Shown: piece by piece, positions 17,020 through 26,799 of the stretch
Position numbering within the stretch: position 1 is the first letter of the stretch
How the letters are laid out: every line of letters starts with the position of its first letter
Source of the DNA: Bacteroidales bacterium
Lineage (GTDB): Bacteria > Bacteroidota > Bacteroidia > Bacteroidales > UBA12077
Direction: 5' to 3'
Assembly (NCBI GenBank): GCA_021740225.1
Contig: JAIPAF010000001.1
Location: forward strand, 1 to 41,392
Length of the DNA stretch: 41,392 nucleotides
Program-made: the position numbers and the translations under genes
The notes under the pieces: model-generated
Told to the model about the DNA's origin: nothing
The model's input: only the letters and a program-made list of their open reading frames with translations
Database searches by the model: none

Positions 17020-19518
17020 ATGGAAGATAACTTAGTTATCGTTGAGTCCCCAGCAAAGGCCAAAACTATAAAAAAATTTCTGGGAAAAAACTATCTTGTT
17101 AAATCCAGTTACGGTCATATTAGAGATCTTGAGAAAAAGAACTATGGCATTGATATTAGTAACGATTATCAACCAAAATATGTTATACCGGAAAACAAAA
17201 AAGAGGTAGTTAAAGAATTAAAGGAATTGGCCAAAAAAGCCAAGGTAGTATGGTTAGCAACTGATGAAGACCGTGAAGGGGAAGCCATAGCCTGGCACCT
17301 TTATAAAGTACTTGATTTAACCTCAGAAAAAACCAGGCGGATTGTTTTCCACGAAATCACCCAGGAAGCCATACGGAAGGCTATAGAAAATCCCCGTGCA
17401 ATCGACATGAATCTGGTTAAAGCCCAACAAGCCCGGCGTATTTTGGATCGTCTGGTAGGTTTTGAACTGTCCCCGGTATTATGGAAGAAGATCAAACCTT
17501 CTCTGTCGGCCGGTCGTGTGCAATCGGCTGCCCTTCGGCTGATTGTGGAACGGGAACGGGAGATTATGAATTTTACCCCCACTTCTTCTTTCAGTTTAAC
17601 TGCCGATTTTACAGACGGCAACAGTGAATTTAAAGCGGATTTGTCACAAAAGCTGGATGAGAAGAAGGAGGCTTTAAAAGTATTGGAACATGCTAAAAAT
17701 GCAGAGTTTCATGTCGATGAAGTGAATAAGAAGCCCTCGAAAAGAAACCCGGCTCCTCCTTTTACTACTTCTACGTTGCAACAAGAGGCAAGTCGAAAAT
17801 TAGGGTTCTCAGTAGCGCGGACAATGAGCCTCGCTCAAAGGTTATATGAAGCAGGGAAAATCACGTATATGCGTACCGATTCGGTAAGTCTGTCCAACGC
17901 CGCCATAGGTTCGGCCAAAAAGATCATTCAGAAGAAATTTGGAGAAAAATACCTTAAAACAAGACAATACCAGACCAAGTCAAAAGGCGCGCAGGAGGCC
18001 CATGAAGCCATTCGGCCCACTTATATGAATAATATGGAAGTTTCAGGTTCTGAGGCCGAAAGAAAACTGTACAATCTGATTTGGAAGCGGACCATAGCTT
18101 CGCAAATGAGCAGTGCAGATTTTGAGAAAACTACCATTAAGATTAATATTTCCAATGACCCGCATCAGTTTGTTGCAAAGGGAGAAGTGCTGATATTTGA
18201 CGGATTCCTGAAGGTATATATGGAATCCACTGATGAGGAAAAAGAAGAAGAAAGCAAAGGATTGTTGCCAGAAGTGAAAAGGGGGCAGAAATTGAGTTAT
18301 AAGATAATCAAAGCGATAGAGCGATTTACACATCATCCGCCCCGCTATACGGAAGCCAGTCTTGTTAAGAAACTGGAGGAGCTGGGAATTGGCCGGCCCT
18401 CTACTTATGCCCCCATCATTTCCACGGTACAGGAAAGGGGATATGTGGTAAAAGAAGATCGATATGGTACACCGCGAAATTATCGGGAAATCGTTTTAGA
18501 GAAAAGTGCCATCAAAGAGGAGACCAGGACGGAGATGGCCGGCGCCGAAAAGGGAAAGTTGTTCCCCAATGATATTGGTATGCTGGTTAATGATTTTTTG
18601 AAAGAACATTTCAAAGAGGTAATCAATTATAATTTTACTGCCAATGTAGAAGAGGAGTTCGATCAGATTGCCGAAGGATTTCTGAAATGGTCGGAGATGA
18701 TCGATAAATTCTATCAGCCTTTTCACGAGAAGGTGGAAGAAACCCTTGAAAAGTCGGGTAGAAATACAGGGGAAAGAATTTTAGGCACAGATCCTAAGAC
18801 GGGTCGGCAGGTTGCTGTGAAGATTGGTCCTTATGGACCGATGGTGCAACTGGGTACCCGGGAGGAAGAGGAAAAACCCAAGTTTGCCAGTTTGCAAAAA
18901 GGCCAACATATTGAAACCATTACACTGGAAGAGGCATTAAAACTGTTTGATCTGCCTCGAAAACTGGGAACCTATGAAGGGAATGAAGTGATTGTTTCTA
19001 CAGGCCGCTATGGGCCATACATAAAGCATAATTCGAAGAATGTTTCGCTTAAAAGAGAGGACGACCCTTTTAAGATTGATTTAGACAGAGCTATTCAACT
19101 GATTGAGGAGAAGAGGGAACGAGACAGAAAGAAAACCATTAAATCGTTCAGTGAAGATAAAAATCTGGTAATTCTCAAGGGTAGGTTTGGTCCTTACATT
19201 AGTTATAAAGACGGCAATTATCCCATACCCAAAAAGAAAGAAGCGGAGAAGCTAACCCTTGAGGAATGCTATGAGTTGATAAATAACAAAAAAGTGAAAG
19301 ATAAACAGAAACAATCTTCCCGTAAGCAGACTTCAGGTAAAACCGCTTCGAAAGGTAAAGGCTCAAAGAAGCAATCTACTGGAAAAGGAAGAACCAATAA
19401 AGTAAGCACACAGAAAAAAGGATCACAAAGCACGAAAAAGGGAACTCAGGGAAAAGGGAAACAAAAATCCCAGTCCAAAAAAACAAACAGCTCCTCCGGT
19501 AACAAAGGTTCCAAATAG
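17020..19518 (+). CDS. topA: DNA topoisomerase I, with Cys-free GxxGPY C-terminal repeats and a K/S/G/Q-rich basic tail
   Basis: 832 aa with the Toprim start LVIVESPAKAKTI, DEDREGE and the active-site region ITYMRTDS. The C-terminal repeats are GPYGPMVQLG, GRYGPYIKH and GRFGPYISY. The last 75 aa or so are a low-complexity lysine-rich tail. Confidence 0.95.
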   Translation: MEDNLVIVESPAKAKTIKKFLGKNYLVKSSYGHIRDLEKKNYGIDISNDYQPKYVIPENKKEVVKELKELAKKAKVVWLATDEDREGEAIAWHLYKVLDLTSEKTRRIVFHEITQEAIRKAIENPRAIDMNLVKAQQARRILDRLVGFELSPVLWKKIKPSLSAGRVQSAALRLIVEREREIMNFTPTSSFSLTADFTDGNSEFKADLSQKLDEKKEALKVLEHAKNAEFHVDEVNKKPSKRNPAPPFTTSTLQQEASRKLGFSVARTMSLAQRLYEAGKITYMRTDSVSLSNAAIGSAKKIIQKKFGEKYLKTRQYQTKSKGAQEAHEAIRPTYMNNMEVSGSEAERKLYNLIWKRTIASQMSSADFEKTTIKINISNDPHQFVAKGEVLIFDGFLKVYMESTDEEKEEESKGLLPEVKRGQKLSYKIIKAIERFTHHPPRYTEASLVKKLEELGIGRPSTYAPIISTVQERGYVVKEDRYGTPRNYREIVLEKSAIKEETRTEMAGAEKGKLFPNDIGMLVNDFLKEHFKEVINYNFTANVEEEFDQIAEGFLKWSEMIDKFYQPFHEKVEETLEKSGRNTGERILGTDPKTGRQVAVKIGPYGPMVQLGTREEEEKPKFASLQKGQHIETITLEEALKLFDLPRKLGTYEGNEVIVSTGRYGPYIKHNSKNVSLKREDDPFKIDLDRAIQLIEEKRERDRKKTIKSFSEDKNLVILKGRFGPYISYKDGNYPIPKKKEAEKLTLEECYELINNKKVKDKQKQSSRKQTSGKTASKGKGSKKQSTGKGRTNKVSTQKKGSQSTKKGTQGKGKQKSQSKKTNSSSGNKGSK

Positions 19519-19533
19519 ATATTTATAACTTTC

Positions 19534-20655
19534 ATGAATCTGAACGATTATCTTAATCCGTTGAAGAACGATTTAATTTTTGACCCTGATGGGGAATTGG
19601 GTAAACAAGTCAATTTTAATCGCGGGAATTTTTCCTTTGATTCTCTCAATAAAGGAGACATTGTAGTTGTTGGAATACCTTACCATATGAACCATCAATT
19701 GGAGTTTACAAAATCCGTTGACCTGGTTAGAAATGAACTGTATTCATTGGCTGCCCATGATTCCAGTGATTGTAAAATAATTGATGCAGGAGATTTAAAG
19801 AGAGGCAAGAATGTAAAGGAAATCCTGTATTCCCTGAAGGAGCTTTTGGATCTTTTAAGGGAAAAAGGGGTGTTTACTTTATTGATCGGGGGTTCCAACA
19901 TATTGAATCTGGGTGTTTTGATGCATTTTGAATCCGTTTGGGGTAAGTATTCCTATACCATTGTGGAACCCTGGTTTTCTTTAGCTGACTATATGCCATA
20001 CGATCTGGTGAATTGTAATCTTCTTAATTATTATAATTTGGGGAGTCAGTCATATTATCTCACTCAAAAACAGCAGGAATGGATAAAAGCAAATTATTAT
20101 GAGACAAACAGGCTTGGCAAAATAAGAGGGAATTTGGGAGAAACGGAACCTTATTTAAGGGATTCCGGGGGATGCAGTATTTCAATCAATGCAGTCAAGT
20201 ATGCCGATGCGCCGGGACAACAAGAGCCCTACCCCAATGGATTGTATAATGAAGAAGTGTGCCAGTTAGCAAAGTACACGGGCCTTGCCAACAACCTGGA
20301 AATATTCGGAGTATTTGACTATTCCCCTGCTAAAGATAGAAACCGGGTTACCGCCAAATTGATCGCTCAGATGCTATGGTTTTCCATTGAAGGATATCGA
20401 CTAAGGTATCAGGAACATCCCTATTCGGATGACCATTTTCAAAAGTTTCTGGTGACCTTTGATGACCGTGAAATAACTTTTTATAAAAGTGAGCGTACTT
20501 CCAGATGGTGGATGGAAGTACCCGGTAAGGAGGTGGCCCGAAACCAGGTATTCCCCTGTAACTTATCTGATTATGAGATGGCATGCCAGCATGAAATCCC
20601 GGAACGATGGCTTCATGCTTATCGAAGATTAAATTTTTACACCGATAAAGGTTAA
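19534..20655 (+). CDS. Arginase/formiminoglutamase (ureohydrolase) fold-like protein with apparently degenerate metal-binding motifs
   Basis: 373 aa. VVVGIPYH, LLIGGSNILNLG (where the family has GGDHS) and CSISINAVKYADAPGQQEPYPNGL (where it has S-D-x-D-x-x-D-P-x-x-A-P-G) look colinear with ureohydrolase motifs. The Asp/His ligand positions are substituted. This is a by-eye alignment only. Confidence 0.55.
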   Translation: MNLNDYLNPLKNDLIFDPDGELGKQVNFNRGNFSFDSLNKGDIVVVGIPYHMNHQLEFTKSVDLVRNELYSLAAHDSSDCKIIDAGDLKRGKNVKEILYSLKELLDLLREKGVFTLLIGGSNILNLGVLMHFESVWGKYSYTIVEPWFSLADYMPYDLVNCNLLNYYNLGSQSYYLTQKQQEWIKANYYETNRLGKIRGNLGETEPYLRDSGGCSISINAVKYADAPGQQEPYPNGLYNEEVCQLAKYTGLANNLEIFGVFDYSPAKDRNRVTAKLIAQMLWFSIEGYRLRYQEHPYSDDHFQKFLVTFDDREITFYKSERTSRWWMEVPGKEVARNQVFPCNLSDYEMACQHEIPERWLHAYRRLNFYTDKG

Positions 20656-20760
20656 TTGATCAATAACAGAGCTACTTTCCCAATAAAAATTTCCTCAATA
20701 AGTAACCTTAACCCAAAAAAAATAGTACAAAGGAATTATATAGGTTATTAACATTAAATG

Positions 20761-20791
20761 TTGATAAATTGGGGTGAAAAGAATATATTTG
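20761..20791 (+). promoter_or_regulatory. Candidate Bacteroidota promoter for the porP-gldKLMN operon (TTG, 20 nt spacer, TATATTTG)
   Basis: TTG at 20761-20763 and TAnnTTTG at 20784-20791, 43 nt upstream of the ATG at 20834. Confidence 0.5.
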
Positions 20792-20833
20792 TTTTTTTTA
20801 CGTTAATAATTATTTTGAGGATACACAAGGTCT

Positions 20834-21781
20834 ATGCGAACCCAAGCAATTGTTATTATACTTCTGAGCTTATCTTTGCCGGCGATTGGTCAACAGGACC
20901 CTCAATTCAGTCAGAATATGTTTACCCGGCTTTCATATAATCCTGCCTATACGGGAAGCCATGGAAAGATTTGTGCAACTGCTTTACATAGACAGCAATG
21001 GTATGGATTTGGGGATGGAGCACCTGAAATAAGTGTTTTTAATTTTGATGCAGCCATAAGTCCTTTTGGTATTAACGCCGGTGTCGGCTTATCATTGATC
21101 CAGGATCGGGTAGGATTCAGCAATAACCTGGGCGCCAATCTTTCTCTGGCTTATCGGTTTGAAGTCTGGGATGGCAACCTATCTTTTGGAGCCAATGGAG
21201 GTATGATCAATTATTCTTTAACGCCTCAGTGGGTAATTCCATCGGGCACTTCGGTGCATTCAAGCAATGATCCGGCCATTCCGGAAGAGGTAAAAGATGC
21301 AATGGCCCTTGATCTGGGATTTGGTATTTATTATCATACGGAGGAGATGTATATTGGATTTTCTTCTACCCATCTCAACGAACCTACTTTCAATCCCGCG
21401 GAAGGAGGGGCTACTCCCAAGATAGGAAGAAACTATTACCTGATATCCGGATATAATCTGCCGATACAAGAGACAAAATTTGAATTGAATCCTTCTTTAT
21501 TGGTGCAATCAGATGGGACCACTTCACAAATCAGTTTGAATACTCATATATCCTATAATAAAAAGTTTTGGGGCGGCGTTTCTATAAGAACAGATAAAAC
21601 GCTAACGGGCATGATCGGGGCCAGGTTATTCAATTGGGTAAAAGTAGGTTATTCTTATGACTTAAGTGTTTCAGAACTCAGTAAGTACCATCAGGGTTCA
21701 CACGAGATCATGGTTGGCTTCTGTTTTGATGTAAGATCCGATGAAAGTCCCCGAAAATATAAAAGCATTAGATTTCTATAA
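20834..21781 (+). CDS. porP: T9SS membrane protein of the PorP/SprF family
   Basis: 315 aa with a signal peptide followed by QQDPQFSQNMFTRLSYNPAYTG, the characteristic PorP/SprF N-terminal signature. The composition is beta-barrel-like and the gene lies directly upstream of gldK. Confidence 0.9.
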   Translation: MRTQAIVIILLSLSLPAIGQQDPQFSQNMFTRLSYNPAYTGSHGKICATALHRQQWYGFGDGAPEISVFNFDAAISPFGINAGVGLSLIQDRVGFSNNLGANLSLAYRFEVWDGNLSFGANGGMINYSLTPQWVIPSGTSVHSSNDPAIPEEVKDAMALDLGFGIYYHTEEMYIGFSSTHLNEPTFNPAEGGATPKIGRNYYLISGYNLPIQETKFELNPSLLVQSDGTTSQISLNTHISYNKKFWGGVSIRTDKTLTGMIGARLFNWVKVGYSYDLSVSELSKYHQGSHEIMVGFCFDVRSDESPRKYKSIRFL

Positions 21782-21822
21782 TAAACACGAATAACTTTAT
21801 TCTGCAATATAAATTCCACTTT

Positions 21823-23157
21823 ATGAAGAAAGTAACTGTCATTATTGTCCTATTCTCAGTTTTGCTTGGGTGTAGTAAGTATGAAGGAGGTGAACTTACT
21901 GGTGTTCAGGACAGGCCGGATTGGTATGAATCTCAGCCTCATGGAATGGTATTTATCCCCATGGGAAGTTTTACAATGGGCCCGAGTGAGGAGAGTGTTT
22001 CCTGGGCAATGACCACCAAGACGAAAAGGGTTTCAGTAGATGCTTTCTGGATGGATGAAACTGAGATCACCAATAATGAATATCGGCAATTTATCAAATA
22101 TGTAAAAGATTCCATTCTACGGAGAAAACTGGGTCAGCAAATTGAAGCTTTCCTGATTACTGAAGATGAATATGGTAATCCGATTGATCCCCCCCGCATT
22201 AATTGGGAAACGGAAATCGACCCTACCGATGAAGCCCAAAGGGAAATTATCAATTCCATGTATTATGACCAGCAAGACAGACTGTTTGGAGAGAAAAAGC
22301 TGGATACCCGGCAATTGATGTATGAATATTATTGGATTGATTATAACCAAGCGGCTAAAAGATCCAATAAATACAACTATGATACCCAACAGTACGAGGG
22401 TACGGTGGTGAATGCACAGGGCGAGCGCATGGAAATTAACAGCAGGCAGTCATTCATAATGAGGGGTAAAGTCAATGTATATCCGGACACTTTGGTTTGG
22501 GTAAGAGATTTTACTTATTCCTTCAATGAACCTTATACCGACCTTTATTTTTCACACCCGGCATATGATGATTATCCCGTTGTTGGAGTAAACTGGGAGC
22601 AAGCCCGGGCATTCAGTATCTGGAGGACCAGGTATCTCAATGATTTTCTTGCAAGTGAGGGTGAAGGAAAGGTACAGGACTACCGGCTTCCGACTGAAGC
22701 AGAATGGGAATATGCCGCAAGAGGAGGACTTAATTTAAGTCCTTATCCATGGGGAGGACCTTATACCAGGAACAAAGAAGGTTGTTTACTGGCAAATTTT
22801 AAACCCATGAGAGGCAATTATGCTGACGATGGTGCATTGATTACTCAGCCGGTGGGTACTTACCCCCCTAATGAATACGGATTATATGATATGGCAGGGA
22901 ATGTGGCTGAATGGACTTCAAATGCATTTGATGAATCGGGATATTTTTTCACTAATGATATGAATCCGAGTTATCAATATCATGCCACCGAAGATGATCC
23001 ACAGGCTATGAAGCGAAAAGTGGTAAAAGGCGGCTCATGGAAAGACGTTGGGTATTATCTGCAAAACGGTACCAGAACCTATGAATATCAGGATACATCC
23101 AAGTCTTATATTGGTTTTAGATGTGTCAGATCATATCTAGGTGGAAGTGAACAGTAA
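21823..23157 (+). CDS. gldK: Gliding motility/T9SS lipoprotein GldK (PorK), FGE-sulfatase/SUMF1 fold
   Basis: 444 aa with the lipobox LLGCSKY. SUMF1-like motifs are HGMVFIPMGSFTMG, PVVGVNWEQARAF, RLPTEAEWEYAARGG, GLYDMAGNVAEW and VKGGSW. Confidence 0.93.
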   Translation: MKKVTVIIVLFSVLLGCSKYEGGELTGVQDRPDWYESQPHGMVFIPMGSFTMGPSEESVSWAMTTKTKRVSVDAFWMDETEITNNEYRQFIKYVKDSILRRKLGQQIEAFLITEDEYGNPIDPPRINWETEIDPTDEAQREIINSMYYDQQDRLFGEKKLDTRQLMYEYYWIDYNQAAKRSNKYNYDTQQYEGTVVNAQGERMEINSRQSFIMRGKVNVYPDTLVWVRDFTYSFNEPYTDLYFSHPAYDDYPVVGVNWEQARAFSIWRTRYLNDFLASEGEGKVQDYRLPTEAEWEYAARGGLNLSPYPWGGPYTRNKEGCLLANFKPMRGNYADDGALITQPVGTYPPNEYGLYDMAGNVAEWTSNAFDESGYFFTNDMNPSYQYHATEDDPQAMKRKVVKGGSWKDVGYYLQNGTRTYEYQDTSKSYIGFRCVRSYLGGSEQ

Positions 23158-23198
23158 GCATTAAGGTAAATTGTTTTAATTCAAAATTGTAAGGTATT

Positions 23199-24236
23199 AT
23201 GATGAATCTTTCTAAAGTTGTCCAAACAGCCGGGTGGCGTAAATTCATGGCTAAATTGTATGGATGGGGAGCCTCGGTTGTATTGATCGGGGCCCTGGCA
23301 AAATTACAACATTGGCCATGGGCAGGAACAGCACTTATTGTTGGTATGAGCACTGAAGCCATCATATTTTTCTTTTCAGCTTTTGAACCCCTTCCTGAAG
23401 ATTATGATTGGTCTATTGTGTATCCTGAACTTGCCGGGATAGAAGAAGACCCGGAAGAAGCCAGAGAGAGAAACAGGGCCAGAAGGGTAGAAACAGGAGA
23501 CAATTCCGGCGGAGGCAACGGCCAACCCTCCGGCGGTGGAGGAAGCCTGACCAAATTTGATCAGATGATGGAGAATGCAGAGATAACACCAGAACTTTTT
23601 GACAAGTTAGGCGAAGGATTGAAGCGGTTCAATGAAACGGCTGAAAACCTGAATAATGTTGCTAATGCCAGTGTGGCCACCGATGAATACGTCAATAATA
23701 TGCAAGCTGCATCGGAATCGGTGAATTTATTGACCGAATCGTATAATAAATCGAAAGAAGCGCTAAATCAATCCATAGATCAATTAAGTAGTGTCTATCA
23801 AAAATCAGCCAATTCCATTCAGGAATCTGAACAATACACTTCCGGACAGATAAAGGAAAGCGGAAAATATCTGGCCGACAAGATGAGGGAATCCGGTGAC
23901 AATTTAGCGGGTTCATACAACCAGCTATCGGAAAATATTGGATCAAACCTTTCAGAGAGTACCAGGGATGTTAATAATAATCTGGAAGCACTGAATAAAA
24001 ATCTTTCCGCACTGAATTCGGCCTACGAATTGGAGCTAAAAGCAACTAACGAATATGCAAAAGCCGCTCAAAGCTTTTATGGGGAGATGGATAATATGAT
24101 GAATGATCTGAAGGATTCTGCTGAGGAAACAAAGAAATATAAGCAGGAGGTTTCCAAATTGAATCAAAACCTGGCGGATCTGAACACGGTGTATGGAAAT
24201 ATGCTCTCCGCTATGTCTGTAATGTCGAATAGCTAA
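23199..24236 (+). CDS. gldL: Gliding motility/T9SS motor protein GldL (PorL), long form
   Basis: 345 aa. Two N-terminal TM helices (GWGASVVLIGALAKLQHWPWAGTALIVGMSTEAIIFFFSAFEP) carry an acidic residue in helix 2. A Gly-rich linker (GGGNGQPSGGGGS) and a long helical C-terminal region follow. The gene sits between gldK and gldM. Confidence 0.88.
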   Translation: MMNLSKVVQTAGWRKFMAKLYGWGASVVLIGALAKLQHWPWAGTALIVGMSTEAIIFFFSAFEPLPEDYDWSIVYPELAGIEEDPEEARERNRARRVETGDNSGGGNGQPSGGGGSLTKFDQMMENAEITPELFDKLGEGLKRFNETAENLNNVANASVATDEYVNNMQAASESVNLLTESYNKSKEALNQSIDQLSSVYQKSANSIQESEQYTSGQIKESGKYLADKMRESGDNLAGSYNQLSENIGSNLSESTRDVNNNLEALNKNLSALNSAYELELKATNEYAKAAQSFYGEMDNMMNDLKDSAEETKKYKQEVSKLNQNLADLNTVYGNMLSAMSVMSNS

Positions 24237-24258
24237 ATCTAATATTTGAGTTGTTAAT

Positions 24259-25911
24259 ATGGCACACGGAAAGGAAACTCCCAGACAGAAGATGATTGGC
24301 ATGATGTATTTGGTGCTTCTTGCCCTGTTGGCACTGAACGTATCGGCAGAAGTTCTGGATGCATTTCGTCTGGTTAATGAAGGAATAAAAAATACAACCG
24401 AGAATTTTGCCAAAAAGAATCGCGTTACATATAATGAATTCGAACAAGAAGTGGCTAAAAATGAGCAGAAAGCCGGAAAATGGAGGGATGCAGCATTTGA
24501 GGTGAGAGCCCAGGCCGATAGTTTATATAATTTTATGCAAGATTTGAAAGTACAAATGGTTAAGGAGAATCAGGGAAAGGATATAGAACAGAATGAGGCT
24601 TTGGTGAAAGAAGATGGAAAAGTGCAAATTCTTCAGGAACATGTAATAGGTGAAGACAAATGGGATATGGTAACGCGTGTGATGATTGGGGAAAATTTTG
24701 ATGGAAAGGCTTATGATCTTAAAGAAAGGATAAATGAATTCAGACAATTTTTGCTGGAGTATATTGATAAAGAAGATACCAAGATTATAGAAGGAATTAA
24801 TAAAACGTTGGATACCTCTGATCCCCCGCCTACAGAGGGGCACGAGCAAAAAACATGGGAGGTAAAGCATTTTTATGATATCCCTCTGGGTGCCGTACTC
24901 CCCATCATCAGTAAATTTCAATCGGATGTAAGAAATGCTGAATCTGAAGCCATCAGGTATCTGTTCAATCAGATTGAAGCCGGCTCGTTTGCCTTTAATA
25001 AACTTGAAGCCAATGTAATTCCCAATACCAATTATGTTATTCAGGGTAACGAATACCGTGCGGATGTATTTCTTGCTGCAAGAGATACTACGGCTCCTCC
25101 GGAAATTCTTATTGGAGAATGGGATAGTGTACGTCAGGAAGACGGTACTTATGAGATTGAAATGACAAGTGTTCAGGAAACCCTGGAGGTAAAAGGCGGA
25201 AAAGGAAAATTCGTCAGACAGGCCAACCGGACAGGTATGCATGAATGGGGAGGAATCATTAAGTTAATGGGGCCGGAAGGAGACTATATTAAGAAGCCTT
25301 TTAAGCAGGAATTTGAAGTGGCTGAGCCGAATCTGGTCATCTCTCCTACCAAGATGAATGTTTTTTATGTGGGGATTGCCAATCCGGTAAGTATATCCAT
25401 CCCGAGTGTTCCTCCCGCTAAAATTACGCCCAATGTCCGCAATGGAAGTATCTATGAAGTTGGACCCGGCCAGTTTGAAGTAACCCCTGACGATGCCTCC
25501 CGGGAATGCGTAGTTAGTGTAAGGGCTGAGGTGGAAGGTCAAATGCGTTCCTATGGTTCAAAAGAATTTAGGGTTGAGGAATTGCCAACTCCTACAGCCC
25601 AGGTTGCACAAAAAAGCGGAGGTGAGGTTCGCGAAGAGATTCTAAGGGCTCAAAGCGGAATATTTGCAGTAATGGAAGATTTCCTGTTTGACCTGCAATA
25701 TGAAATTACCCGGTATACGATTACTACAACGGATAGAGGGGGTTATGTAAAATCCCTCAGAAAAGAGGGTAATCAATTTGATCAGGAAGTGCGGAATTGG
25801 TTCGAAAATAATTTAGAAAGGGGTCGGAAAGTTAATTTTGAGGATTTAGAGGCTGTTGGTCCCGATGGGGAAGTTAAAAGCTTAAGTCCTATAACATTCA
25901 CGATTCAATAA
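24259..25911 (+). CDS. gldM: Gliding motility/T9SS protein GldM (PorM)
   Basis: 550 aa. The N-terminus PRQKMIGMMYLVLLALLALNVS is typical of GldM (single TM). The periplasmic region is long and the gene is in the conserved K-L-M-N order. Confidence 0.9.
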   Translation: MAHGKETPRQKMIGMMYLVLLALLALNVSAEVLDAFRLVNEGIKNTTENFAKKNRVTYNEFEQEVAKNEQKAGKWRDAAFEVRAQADSLYNFMQDLKVQMVKENQGKDIEQNEALVKEDGKVQILQEHVIGEDKWDMVTRVMIGENFDGKAYDLKERINEFRQFLLEYIDKEDTKIIEGINKTLDTSDPPPTEGHEQKTWEVKHFYDIPLGAVLPIISKFQSDVRNAESEAIRYLFNQIEAGSFAFNKLEANVIPNTNYVIQGNEYRADVFLAARDTTAPPEILIGEWDSVRQEDGTYEIEMTSVQETLEVKGGKGKFVRQANRTGMHEWGGIIKLMGPEGDYIKKPFKQEFEVAEPNLVISPTKMNVFYVGIANPVSISIPSVPPAKITPNVRNGSIYEVGPGQFEVTPDDASRECVVSVRAEVEGQMRSYGSKEFRVEELPTPTAQVAQKSGGEVREEILRAQSGIFAVMEDFLFDLQYEITRYTITTTDRGGYVKSLRKEGNQFDQEVRNWFENNLERGRKVNFEDLEAVGPDGEVKSLSPITFTIQ

Positions 25912-25945
25912 AAGGATTATACCGAATTATTAAATGTAATATACT

Positions 25946-26782
25946 ATGAAACGAATCGCTTTGTTTTTCTTGTTAGGAGCAGTAATTTTTGTGGAAAATC
26001 CTCAAAATAGCCGGGCTCAAAGCGTAGATGATAACGTATATACTAAGAAAAACATTTCAGGTAAAAAACCACTCGACTATGTTTCCGTAAGAGAAGCCGA
26101 TGTCATGTGGTCGAAAAAATTATGGCAGATGATTGACTGCCGTAAACGAATGAATCAGCCACTGTATTACCCTGTGAGGGATATGGAGGAGCGCAAAAGC
26201 CTTATCCAGGTTATTATGCATGGTATCGAAAATGAGGAGCTAACTGCCTTTCGTAGCGATCAGTTCAGGGAAAGGTATACAATAGATGAAATATATCAGG
26301 AAATGGGAGCGGGTGAGGAAACCCAACAGATCCAGCAACCTGATGGAACTACTAAAGATACTGTTATCCAGACGGGAATTCGTTACGATGAAATTAAGCA
26401 ATACATGATCAAAGAACAGTGGATCTTTGATCGCAAATATTCTCAGATGCGTGTTAGAGTTGTAGGTATATGCCCGATCCGTGAATATATAGACGATGAT
26501 ACCGGAGAAAAGAGGAAAAGCCAGGTATTTTGGATCCATTATCCTGAAGCAAGGAATTTGTTAGCCAACTTTGAAATATTTAACCGGAGAAATGATGCCC
26601 AAAGGATTAGTTATGATGACTGGTTCCAGCAAAGGAGGTTCAATTCCTATGTGGTGCAGGAAACCAATGTTTACGGCAACCGAATGATTAATGAATATAC
26701 CACAGGAAAAAATACATTGCTGGAAGCCCGTAAAATACGGCAGGAGATATTTGAGTTTGAACATGATCTTTGGGAATATTGA
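25946..26782 (+). CDS. gldN: Gliding motility/T9SS protein GldN (PorN)
   Basis: 278 aa with a signal peptide. GldN-like segments are READVMWSKKLWQMID and KEQWIFDRKYSQMRVRVVGICP. It is the last gene of the operon. Confidence 0.88.
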   Translation: MKRIALFFLLGAVIFVENPQNSRAQSVDDNVYTKKNISGKKPLDYVSVREADVMWSKKLWQMIDCRKRMNQPLYYPVRDMEERKSLIQVIMHGIENEELTAFRSDQFRERYTIDEIYQEMGAGEETQQIQQPDGTTKDTVIQTGIRYDEIKQYMIKEQWIFDRKYSQMRVRVVGICPIREYIDDDTGEKRKSQVFWIHYPEARNLLANFEIFNRRNDAQRISYDDWFQQRRFNSYVVQETNVYGNRMINEYTTGKNTLLEARKIRQEIFEFEHDLWEY

Positions 26783-26799
26783 TACAAAGTCATATTATT

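Noticed and set aside
24523-25242. 239-aa ORF on the minus strand
   Set aside because: It is antisense to gldM and has no recognisable motifs. It looks like a typical shadow ORF in AT-rich coding DNA.
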